In this document: piece after piece, positions 1 to 6,922 of the stretch
How positions within the stretch are numbered: position 1 is the first letter of the stretch
How the letters are laid out: each line of letters begins with the position of its first letter
Assembly: GCA_035531475.1 (NCBI GenBank)
Contig: DATKST010000184.1
Span: 4,349-28,348, forward strand
Reading direction: 5' to 3'
DNA: 24,000 bases
DNA from: Terriglobia bacterium
Lineage (GTDB): Bacteria > Acidobacteriota > Terriglobia > UBA7540
Notes under the pieces: generated by a model
Told to the model about the DNA's origin: nothing
The model's database searches: none
What the model saw: the letters and a program-made list of their open reading frames with translations, nothing else
Program-made: the position numbers and the translations under genes

Positions 1-1587
1 GCCCAGGTACTCCTCCGTCTGGCCCAAGTTCACCAGCGCAGTTACGTCATGCGGGCTCAGCAGCAGGGCTTTTTGCAGGTAGTATTCCGCCTCACCATAA
101 CGCTTCTCCCGGGAGCAGAGCAGACCGAGATTGTCGAGAGCGAAGATCGAACGCGGCTCAAGCTGGTAAGCCTTGTGCCATTCCTGCTCGGCCTGTGGCA
201 AGTCGTGGCGCCGCCAGTAGATGATTCCCAAATTATTGTGCATATCAGCGGAATGGGGAGCGTTGGCGAGCGCCGCTTGGTAAAAAGTAAGGTCGTCCTT
301 CCAGGCGGGGTTCTGGGTGAAAATCCGGATGGAGCAGAGCGCCGCAGTCAACAAACCCGCGGTGGCCATCACCGTGCGCCACGATCGGCCCCCGGTTCCT
401 GCCTTCCTCCAAACCCATGCCATGCCCCATGCCGCAATCCAGCAAAACCCTACCGAAGGAAGATAGAGGTACCTCTCTGCGAAGACGCAATTGGGAAGCA
501 GCCGGACATCCAGCACCGGAGCCAGGGTCAGCGCAAACCACACGCAACCGAAGGACACAGGCCGCGCCCATCGCCACAGAGCGGTGAAGACCAGCGCAAA
601 AACGCCGGCCGCCAGCAGGCCCGCGAGCATTTGCGGAACCCACTCGCCAATCGTTGGTGGAAAGGCGTAATAAACATGCAGGTGAACCGGCCAGATCAGT
701 TTCTTGAGGTACTGCCCGATGAGCCCGGCGGCGTAAAAGACAACTTCATCCAGGCCAAAGTCTTTTTTCTGGCCATGGGGCGCGAACGCGCCGAGAGTGT
801 GAATCCGGAAAATTACGGTGCCGGTTCCCATCATCCAGAACAGGCCATAGCGGCTGAGCTTTTCCCAAAGGTTCGTTTCGCCCTGGTCGGGCCGGTAAAA
901 GTGCTCGTAAGCGGTGGCAAGGACGGGAAGCATCATGGCCTGTTCCTTGGAAAGCAGGCAAAGCAAGAAACTGGCGCCGAGGCCGGACTGCCCCAGCCAC
1001 CAGCGCCGGTCACGGGGCCGGGCCAGGCTCAGGAAAAACCAGAATGCGAGCAGGAAGAAAAGTGTCAGCTCCAGATCCGTAATGGCCGCAATCCAGTTGA
1101 CCGCCTCCGTGTGAATGGGGTGAAGCGCAAAAAGCGCCGCCGCCAAGAAAGCGATCGTCCGGTCCCCAAACATTCCGAGCGTCAGCAGATAAAGCGCCAG
1201 CACCACTGCGGCGTTGGTCAGGATATTTACAAGATGAAAGTAGAAGGGGCGGTAGCCGAAAGCTTGGTGGATCAGGAGGTAGCCAAAGGTCATCAGCGGA
1301 CGATAGTAGTTGGTGACGCCCATCGCCCCGCCCTGATAGGACCATACCGTGGTGGTAAAAATCTGCTTCAGATGGGTGAAATTCTGAATATAGGGATTGG
1401 ACAGGACTTGCGTGTCATCGTCATAAACGAACCCGTTCCAGAGGCTGTTGAGGTAAGGAAGCGTAGCGAGCAGCAGCAAAACAACCGTTGGAAGCCAACT
1501 GCGCCACCGGGCCGTTCGGGAATCCGCATCCGCCGCCAGGGAAAGATCCGGACGCGCCACACCGGATGTTGCGGCGGCATCGCTCAC
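1..1587 (-). CDS. GT-C fold membrane glycosyltransferase, TMTC/PMT_2-like, with C-terminal TPR repeats (C-terminus runs off the left edge of the window)
   Basis: Absent from the ORF track because it has no stop codon in the window. I checked every codon of the minus-strand frame aligned to positions 1-3, 4-6 and so on, from 1 to 1620, and found no stop. Hand translation gives the N-terminus VSDAAATSGVARPDLSLAADADSRTARWRSWLPTVVLLLLATLPYLNSLWNGFVYDDDTQVLSNPYIQNFTHLKQIFTTTVWSYQGGAMGVTNYYRPLMTFGYLLIHQA (1587 down to 1261). The visible C-terminal end is LCSREKRYGEAEYYLQKALLLSPHDVTALVNLGQTEEYLG (120 down to 1). An acidic FVYDD..NP loop after the first TM helix, followed by YYRPL, is typical of TMTC/PMT_2-type GT-C enzymes, and the tail is TPR-like. 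GTG 1587-1585 overlaps the upstream TGA 1586-1584 (GTGA coupling). An in-frame ATG at 1644-1642 is an alternative start. Confidence 0.75.
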   Translation of the reverse strand, partial: MSDAAATSGVARPDLSLAADADSRTARWRSWLPTVVLLLLATLPYLNSLWNGFVYDDDTQVLSNPYIQNFTHLKQIFTTTVWSYQGGAMGVTNYYRPLMTFGYLLIHQAFGYRPFYFHLVNILTNAAVVLALYLLTLGMFGDRTIAFLAAALFALHPIHTEAVNWIAAITDLELTLFFLLAFWFFLSLARPRDRRWWLGQSGLGASFLLCLLSKEQAMMLPVLATAYEHFYRPDQGETNLWEKLSRYGLFWMMGTGTVIFRIHTLGAFAPHGQKKDFGLDEVVFYAAGLIGQYLKKLIWPVHLHVYYAFPPTIGEWVPQMLAGLLAAGVFALVFTALWRWARPVSFGCVWFALTLAPVLDVRLLPNCVFAERYLYLPSVGFCWIAAWGMAWVWRKAGTGGRSWRTVMATAGLLTAALCSIRIFTQNPAWKDDLTFYQAALANAPHSADMHNNLGIIYWRRHDLPQAEQEWHKAYQLEPRSIFALDNLGLLCSREKRYGEAEYYLQKALLLSPHDVTALVNLGQTEEYLG

Positions 1588-2603
1588 AACGGCTCTCCCG
1601 GACTGCTCTCCTGCGCCTGAACCGGTACGGGCGGTCGGAGCCATCGGTTCGGGAACGGGATCGTCACGCTCACCTCCCCAAAACGGGCGAAGAGCCAATT
1701 CGCCACAAAATAGGCCAGGGGCGCCAGGATAAAACCCACCACACAATCGATCAAGTAGTGGTAGCGGAGATAAACCGTTGAGAACCAGAGGCTGAGGATG
1801 AAGGGCGAAAGAATCCAGAACAAGGCTTTGGAATTTCGCCAGGCATAAAGCCAGACCACAAAGGAAATGCCCACGTGCAGGCTGGGGAAAACATCGCGGG
1901 AGATGCGGGCGTAATCCATAAAGTCAATTTGGCGGCTGAAAATGGCGAGGGGTTGAGTGAGCGGGACGGTGTATTGGTTGCGGAGCGCATACAAAGGTCC
2001 CACCGCGGGCACCAGAATGTACCCAATCAGTCCCAAGAGGGTGATGAGCACCAGCCCGAACATCATTTCCCGGAAGCGTTGTCGAGGGCGGCAAATGTAA
2101 ATGAAACAAGCGACAATGGGAATGTTGTAGAGGTGGAATGAGTAGGCAAACTCCATCCATGCGGTCAAGAGAGGACTGATGACGTGCTGCAACGCTACAC
2201 TGGGTTCGCACCCAAACAGCCGCCGGTCCCAGGCGAGCAACGCGGCGTCACGGTCATGCGTGACGAGCAAGTGCGTGGCTGCTCCCCAGAGCGAATAGTA
2301 CATCATCAAAATGATCAAGAACGGGAACCAGTCCCGGAGAATGTTCCAGTAGGGCCGCACAAACTTGCGGATGTCTTCCGTGGATTCGACTCGAGTTTCT
2401 TCGCCCGCCACAAAATAATGGATCACTTCCTTGGCCAGAAGCAACGCCACGGCAGGAACGATGACGAGGACGTCGGCGGGCTTGGCGCCTTCACCTCGAA
2501 CTTCGGAGAAGATTATTTCCACTGCAAGAAAAACGATGAAAAACGCGAGCGCCGCGGCGTCCTCCAGGCGGAAATTGAGCCGGATTCGCCGGTTATTGGC
2601 CAT
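1584..2603 (-). CDS. PAP2-superfamily integral membrane protein (PAP2_3 / inositol-phosphorylceramide-synthase-like phosphotransferase or lipid phosphatase)
   Basis: 339-aa ORF with many hydrophobic helices. PAP2-type motifs lie near the C-terminus: PSLH, then LRYHYLIDCVVG (H-x3-D). Its stop overlaps the start of the downstream GT-C gene (GTGA), and its ATG at 2603 overlaps the end of the upstream TPR gene by 11 nt. Confidence 0.7.
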   Translation of the reverse strand: MANNRRIRLNFRLEDAAALAFFIVFLAVEIIFSEVRGEGAKPADVLVIVPAVALLLAKEVIHYFVAGEETRVESTEDIRKFVRPYWNILRDWFPFLIILMMYYSLWGAATHLLVTHDRDAALLAWDRRLFGCEPSVALQHVISPLLTAWMEFAYSFHLYNIPIVACFIYICRPRQRFREMMFGLVLITLLGLIGYILVPAVGPLYALRNQYTVPLTQPLAIFSRQIDFMDYARISRDVFPSLHVGISFVVWLYAWRNSKALFWILSPFILSLWFSTVYLRYHYLIDCVVGFILAPLAYFVANWLFARFGEVSVTIPFPNRWLRPPVPVQAQESSPGEPL

Positions 2604-3366
2604 AGAGATCCTTCAAGTCTTCAAAGTGCTTCCGTTCGCCGGGTGAGAATGCATATTTGGCAGTGGCGTTCAACACCGCCAAACATCTCGCGGTGTCTCC
2701 GGAGAGATAGTAAGCGTGGGCAAGCCCCTCCACCGCAGGCGTCATGGTGGGAACCCGTTGCAGTACCTGAAGAAAAGTCTTTTCGGCGTTCGCATAATCC
2801 TTCAGTGAGAGATAAGCCTGGCCCCGCAGAATGTACGGAACCGCGTAGGAAGAGTTTGCCCGAAGCAGTCTTGAAGTGATGCTGAGAACTTGATGGTAGT
2901 GGCCCATTACCAAGTCACTGGCCGCCAGGCGCACGGCGTCATTCTCGGATAGTTGGCCGCCGCTCAGCTCCTTGATTTTCGACTCGTCCTCAATCACGGA
3001 ATCGTACTGGTGAGCGCGCAGCTTGACTTGAGCGAGCTGCTGCCAATAGCGCAGAATGCCCGGACGCAACTCGACGGCCCGCAGAGCGTTGGAATACGCC
3101 TTGTCAAGTTGGAGCTTGCTCAAATTCGTTCCGCTCACCCAATAATAGGATTCTGCGGCAAGATCGTATCCCGCGATGTCCGCGCCCAAAATGGCCAGCG
3201 CCAGAATCACGGCGTACACTGCATATCTTACGGGAGTCACCCACTTTGTACCCCCCGATTCATCACCGGTCCTTAAGGCGCCCACCGCCTTGACGGAAAC
3301 CAATCCCAGGAAAATCAGGACCAGAACCTTCGTCAATTCCCAAAAGATGAATTGTATTCTTTCCAT
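2593..3366 (-). CDS. membrane-anchored TPR-repeat protein
   Basis: The ORF track extends this ORF to 3429, but its first 21 codons (MWSPAGGHKARPYDLRKAGST) are read through the family A repeat copy at 3391-3442. ATG 3366 (MERIQFIFWELTKVLVLIFLGLV) opens directly into a TM helix, and a second helix follows (YAVYAVILALAILGA). The C-terminal half has TPR-like periodicity (RGQAYLSLKDYANAEKTFLQVLQRVP). Confidence 0.65.
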   Translation of the reverse strand: MERIQFIFWELTKVLVLIFLGLVSVKAVGALRTGDESGGTKWVTPVRYAVYAVILALAILGADIAGYDLAAESYYWVSGTNLSKLQLDKAYSNALRAVELRPGILRYWQQLAQVKLRAHQYDSVIEDESKIKELSGGQLSENDAVRLAASDLVMGHYHQVLSITSRLLRANSSYAVPYILRGQAYLSLKDYANAEKTFLQVLQRVPTMTPAVEGLAHAYYLSGDTARCLAVLNATAKYAFSPGERKHFEDLKDLYGQ

Positions 3367-3390
3367 AGTTGATCCCGCTTTTCGCAGATC

Positions 3391-3442
3391 GTAGGGGCGG
3401 GCCTTGTGCCCGCCCGCGGGCGACCACAAAGGTCGCCCCTAC
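3391..3442. repeat. Repeat family A, copy 1: double-hairpin REP-like element
   Basis: gtaggggCGGGCcttgtGCCCGcccgcgGGCGACCacaaaGGTCGCCcctac: two adjacent perfect stem-loops closed by outer gtagggg/cccctac pairing. Near-identical copies lie at 4586-4634 and 7655-7721, and a structural variant at 9301-9348. Confidence 0.85.
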
Positions 3443-3489
3443 GGGATTTCAAGGGCAAAGCCCTTGGTCAGGCTTTCCACACCACGCCT

Positions 3490-4392
3490 CTATTCCAGCA
3501 ACTTCAGGTTGATGTGGCTTCGGGGTGAAAGTTGCGCGCGTCCATCCGCACCCAAAACGTAAGGGACGCCGGACGGATCCTGTGGGATGCCGCGCAGAAT
3601 TCCTGCCGCCACCAAATCCCGGATCGAGGTTGGCGCGCGATTCCCCTTCACCTCATAGGCTGCTATCAGCCCATCGATCGCATCCATATCCAGCCGGGCC
3701 TTGAGAGCCGCAAGGTGAGCCAGGGCGCTCTTGCGAATCGCGTCATTTTGAGCGTGGCGGTAAATCTGCGACCACAACACTTGGGAGGTCTGAAGTCCCC
3801 CACCCTTCACCGCCACGGACGCCGCCAGCGCCTTCATCCAGATTTCCGCGCCAGGCCGCTCGCTGCCGGCCTTAAAAGCACGGGCCGCGCTCGGGTAATC
3901 CTTCAAGTCCCAATAGTCGATAAAGCCCAGGTCCTGCCAGAACCGCCAATAATCAGGATTTTGTACGATGCCCCGCCGCAAGAGCTGCAGTGCCAGCCGG
4001 GGATTGCCCGCCCCGGCGGGTGGCTTTTCCGCCAGAAAAATCGCTCCGAACCGGTAGGCCACGATCAAGTGAGGATCGAGGTCGGTGGTCAGGAACAGCA
4101 ACGGACCAAGCAGATCGAACCGCTTGGAGTGGGCCAGGCTCTGACTGCCGAAATATTGCACCACCCGAGTCCAATAGATGTCAGCCGCGAGACCGTTGAA
4201 CCCGAGACTGAGAGCTTTCAAAACTTTGCCGGAGCGGATGAATAACTCCGGAGGACTTTCCGAATTTTTGCCCGCCCAAGAGTCCGAGACCCAGCGCAAG
4301 GAAACCTGCGCCGTGATGGCCAGCGCCAAGACCAGCCACCAGGCGCCGCGCCGCGGCATGCGGGAATCGAGAGTCTTGTGAGTTTCCATCAT
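3490..4392 (-). CDS. membrane-anchored periplasmic all-alpha/TPR-like protein of unknown function
   Basis: 300-aa ORF with GGAG 5 nt upstream of ATG 4392. The N-terminus RRGAWWLVLALAITAQV is a signal-anchor with no Cys lipobox. The body is rich in helical W/Y/L repeats (NPDYWRFWQDLGFIDYWDLKDYPSAARAFKAG). It lies directly downstream of the ABC-2 permease on the same strand. Confidence 0.65.
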   Translation of the reverse strand: MMETHKTLDSRMPRRGAWWLVLALAITAQVSLRWVSDSWAGKNSESPPELFIRSGKVLKALSLGFNGLAADIYWTRVVQYFGSQSLAHSKRFDLLGPLLFLTTDLDPHLIVAYRFGAIFLAEKPPAGAGNPRLALQLLRRGIVQNPDYWRFWQDLGFIDYWDLKDYPSAARAFKAGSERPGAEIWMKALAASVAVKGGGLQTSQVLWSQIYRHAQNDAIRKSALAHLAALKARLDMDAIDGLIAAYEVKGNRAPTSIRDLVAAGILRGIPQDPSGVPYVLGADGRAQLSPRSHINLKLLE

Positions 4393-4412
4393 GGCGCTCC
4401 GGCAAGAACAAA

Positions 4413-4634
4413 GTAGCGGCGGGCTTCAGCCCGGCACTTGAACGTAGCGGCGGGCCTTGTATCCACCGGTGGCGGTCCATCACTCTATCGCCCGGGACGT
4501 AGCGGCGGGCTTCAGCCCGGCACTTGAACAATGCCTTGTGCCCGGCTAAAGCCGGCCTCTACGTCCCCGCTCCGCAGTCGCGTCCGGGGCGGGCCTTGTG
4601 CCCGCCCACGGGCGACCACAAGGGTCGCCCCTAC
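4413..4634. repeat. Pile-up of at least five hairpin repeat units filling the permease / 300-aa gene gap
   Basis: An exact 31-nt direct repeat, gtagcggcgggcttcagcccggcacttgaac, occurs at 4413-4443 and 4499-4529 (86-nt period). A hybrid unit at 4444-4498 starts gtagcggcgggccttgt. An inverted variant, gtgcccggctaaagccggcctctac, lies at 4538-4562. Family A copy 2 lies at 4586-4634. Confidence 0.85.
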
Positions 4635-4638
4635 GACA

Positions 4639-5433
4639 TTACAGCAACTCCCGCTCTTCAAAAATCAGCACGGAGGCTGAAACCAGCACGGCAACGTAAA
4701 GCAAAGCATACAGTGAGTTCGCGATCAGCAAGGGGCGCGGCGCCCACATGCCGTGCGCCGCATTGCTGATGAAGTTGAGCCGGCTCATGTCTGGCAGCAG
4801 GTAGTACAGGGCCAACGTCATCTTGCTCAAGGCGCCGCTGCCCGAGTGCGCGCCGAACCAACGAATGTCATCCACGAAGTTGCCAATCACAAAGAGTGAA
4901 ACGGTAAAAACGCCGGAAAGCACCGGAGTGGCGACGCAGGAAAACAGAAGCGCCAGTCCGACGATAATGGCAAATTGCAATAGGATGAAATAGACAGCCT
5001 CGAGCGCCGCCAGGTCGGCGAATTCGAACCGGCCCTTTTCAATCCACAACGCCAGATAAAAACCGGCGGTCATAATTGCGGTGTTGATGAGCAGGGTCAG
5101 GAACAGGCCAAAATATTTGCCGAGGATGAACTCCGCGCGTGAAACCGGCTTGGAAAGGACGTTGTAAAGCGTTTTGCGCTCAATTTCCTTCCAAACCAGG
5201 CTGATGCCAATGAAGATCGCCATGAGCAGTCCGAATATGGAAATGGAACTTAGGCCCAGGTTCACCAGAATGATCTGCTGGATGCCGACGGAAATCCTGC
5301 CGAAGACGATGGCGGCGCCAATCAAGAGCAGCGCGAACACGATCAGGTTGTAGAGCACTTTGTCCCGCACGCATTCCTTGAACGTGTGAACGGTGATGGC
5401 AAGAGTTCGTCGAATCATGGGTCGCATCTTCAC
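4639..5433 (-). CDS. ABC-2 type transporter permease (NosY/GldF/PilI-like class)
   Basis: 264-aa ORF with about six hydrophobic helices. The N-terminus has the form typical of ABC-2 permeases (TLAITVHTFKECVRDKVLYNLIVFALLLIG), and the gene sits downstream of an ABC ATPase. The track start is GTG 5433; ATG 5427 or ATG 5418 are equally possible starts. Confidence 0.8.
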   Translation of the reverse strand: MKMRPMIRRTLAITVHTFKECVRDKVLYNLIVFALLLIGAAIVFGRISVGIQQIILVNLGLSSISIFGLLMAIFIGISLVWKEIERKTLYNVLSKPVSRAEFILGKYFGLFLTLLINTAIMTAGFYLALWIEKGRFEFADLAALEAVYFILLQFAIIVGLALLFSCVATPVLSGVFTVSLFVIGNFVDDIRWFGAHSGSGALSKMTLALYYLLPDMSRLNFISNAAHGMWAPRPLLIANSLYALLYVAVLVSASVLIFEERELL

Positions 5434-5444
5434 ACTGGAACTGG

Positions 5445-5687
5445 CTGTAGCGGCGGTCTGTGACCGCCGACATCATTTCAAGACTAAGAGCAGCGTTTCG
5501 TAAATTCGCTCACGTATTCTCGCACCCCCTCACCCGGCGCGACGCGCCACCCTCTCCCCGCTTGCGGGGAGAGGGGCTGGGGGTGAGGGGTTGTTAAAAA
5601 CCGTTGCAAGAATACGTCACCGTAATTGCGAAAGGTGGTACTAAGAGCGGCGGTCCCTGTCAGGGCAAGCTCCGACCGCCGCTACAG
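5445..5687. repeat. Repeat family B element split by a nested family C element
   Basis: The left unit is ctgtagCGGCGGTCtgtGACCGCCG (5445-5469). The right unit is CGGCGGTCcctgtcagggcaagctcCGACCGCCGctacag (5648-5687). Outer ctgtagcg/cgctacag pairing matches the intact B elements at 6730-6841 and 11351-11422. The spacer is occupied by C copy 1. Confidence 0.8.
5483..5648. repeat. Repeat family C, copy 1 (about 165 bp long-palindrome MITE-like element)
   Basis: The core is caccccctcaccc...ctctccccgcttgcggggagaggggctgggggtgagggg. It is flanked by imperfect terminal inverted arms: tttcgtaaattcgctcacgtattctcgca versus the reverse complement tttcgcaattacggtgacgtattcttgca (23 of 29 identical by my alignment). 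actaag is present at both outer edges. Other copies lie at 9156-9267 (left arm plus core) and 16117-16285 (inverted). Confidence 0.8.
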
Positions 5688-5699
5688 CCGACGGAGCCA

Positions 5700-6677
5700 C
5701 TACTTGGAATCCATCTTGGCCGGAATTGCGGAACCGGTGGATTCGGCCTCCGGCGCCTTCTGAATTCTGGCCATGAAGTAGTCCTCGAGCGAAACTTTTA
5801 AGGGGTTTACCGAGATCACGCGCGCCCCGGAACGGAGAGCAATGTTGAGGACCGTGCCCGTCTCCACTTCGGCCGGAAATTCGATCCTTACCCGATCCCC
5901 CGTTCGCACCATCGTTCGCGCTAATGGTTTCATGGCGCGCAAAACCTCCGCCGGCGGATCTTCCAGCACCATCTCCGTGGCCGCAACCTCAATCCCCAGG
6001 ATTTTGCGCAATTCACCGCAACCTTGAAGCCGGCCGTGATCGAGGATCGCCACGCGATCGCAGAGGGTTTCCGCATCGGAAAGGATGTGGGTTGAGAAAA
6101 AGACGGTCTTGCCCTCCTGACGGAGTTCCAGGATCAAGTTGCGCACTTCGCGCCGGCCGATAGGATCCAGGCCGGACATGGGTTCGTCCAGGAAGATGAG
6201 GTCAGGATTATTCACCAGTGCCTGGGCGATTCCCAACCGCTGCACCATGCCTTTTGAAAACTTGCGAAGGGGAAGTTTGCGGTGGTCGGTAAGTCCCACG
6301 CGGTCCAGCAGGCGCCCGGTCCGGTTGCGGGATTCAGCTTTTGAAAGCCCAAAAAGATCGGCAGCGAAGCGCAGGAACTCTTCAGCCGTAAGATGGTCGT
6401 AAAAGCACGGATTTTCAGGGAGATAGCCGATCTTGGAGCGAACAGAAAGGTCACTTAGATCGTGGCCGAGTAAGGTGGCCTGCCCGGAGGTTGGAAAAAT
6501 GAAGCGGAAGAGAATCTTGAGAGTGGTGCTCTTGCCAGCGCCGTTTGGACCCAACAGGCCGAAAGTCTCTCCGGCCTCCACCTGAAGATTCAGATGGTCC
6601 AGAGCGCGCTTGGACCTCTTTCGCCAAAACCCAAGCCGGTAGTCCTTCGATAGGTCCGTGGTCTCAACGGCTAACAT
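5700..6677 (-). CDS. ABC transporter ATP-binding protein (partner of the ABC-2 permease)
   Basis: 325-aa ORF with Walker A GPNGAGKST, signature-like FSKGMVQRLGIAQAL, Walker B LIFLDEPMSGLD and H-loop FFSTHIL. An extra C-terminal domain of about 90 aa follows. Confidence 0.9.
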   Translation of the reverse strand: MLAVETTDLSKDYRLGFWRKRSKRALDHLNLQVEAGETFGLLGPNGAGKSTTLKILFRFIFPTSGQATLLGHDLSDLSVRSKIGYLPENPCFYDHLTAEEFLRFAADLFGLSKAESRNRTGRLLDRVGLTDHRKLPLRKFSKGMVQRLGIAQALVNNPDLIFLDEPMSGLDPIGRREVRNLILELRQEGKTVFFSTHILSDAETLCDRVAILDHGRLQGCGELRKILGIEVAATEMVLEDPPAEVLRAMKPLARTMVRTGDRVRIEFPAEVETGTVLNIALRSGARVISVNPLKVSLEDYFMARIQKAPEAESTGSAIPAKMDSK

Positions 6678-6729
6678 GATTCAGATGGCGCAGCCCGTCA
6701 CGAAATCACAAAAAGCCGAAAAACTTCAA

Positions 6730-6841
6730 CTGTAGCGGCGGTCTCTGACCGCCGGTCTTAATCTACAAATCATCTCGGCGGTCATAGACCGCCGGAAGGT
6801 GCTGATAAATAAGTTTCGGCGGTCATAGACCGCCGCTACAG
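6730..6841. repeat. Repeat family B, three-hairpin copy
   Basis: ctgtagCGGCGGTCtctGACCGCCG (6730-6754), CGGCGGTCataGACCGCCG (6776-6794) and CGGCGGTCataGACCGCCGctacag (6817-6841). The 8-bp stems are invariant and the loops vary. Confidence 0.85.
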
Positions 6842-6851
6842 CATTGTGTTG

Positions 6852-6888
6852 AAAAAAGTAGAGGGGGAACTCATCGTTCCCCCTTTTT
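6852..6888 (-). terminator. Rho-independent, bidirectional-looking terminator downstream of pilA
   Basis: Stem gggggaac (6863-6870), loop tcatc, stem gttccccc (6876-6883). A T-run lies at 6884-6888 on the plus strand, and an A-run at 6852-6857 gives a T-run on the minus strand. It lies 35-70 nt after the pilA stop (6923). Confidence 0.55.
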
Positions 6889-6922
6889 GAGGTTGACCTA
6901 AGCCTGATAGATCAGACGACCC

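Noticed and set aside
49-1620. 523-aa plus-strand ORF, the longest ORF in the left 2 kb
   Set aside because: The product is Arg/Pro/Gln-rich and low-complexity, with no recognisable domain. The ORF is codon-aligned antisense to a stop-free minus-strand frame that encodes a convincing GT-C/TPR membrane protein. It is the usual antisense shadow ORF of GC-rich DNA. The minus-strand ORFs 245..643, 746..1000, 1010..1345 and 1368..1580 are off-frame shadows of the same gene.
3450-3466. Perfect hairpin caagggc-aaa-gcccttg after the 300-aa gene, considered as a terminator
   Set aside because: It is not followed by a T-run on the minus strand, and the downstream genes appear to continue the same transcription unit. 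It is more likely another small structural repeat.
2184-4245. Plus-strand ORFs 2184..2879, 2953..3276 and 3532..4245
   Set aside because: All lie antisense to better-supported minus-strand genes (PAP2, the TPR protein and the 300-aa protein), and their products are low-complexity.
4413-4529. Possible CRISPR array (an exact 31-nt repeat occurring twice, 86-nt period)
   Set aside because: There are only two exact copies. The supposed spacer is itself a related repeat unit. No cas genes or leader are present, and the repeats belong to a dispersed hairpin family.
5483-5648. The 9-bp direct repeat actaagagc at both ends of repeat C copy 1, read as a target-site duplication
   Set aside because: actaag is also present at the preserved ends of copies 2 and 3, so it may be part of the element or a target preference rather than a duplication. 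It is reported only as an open question under family C.
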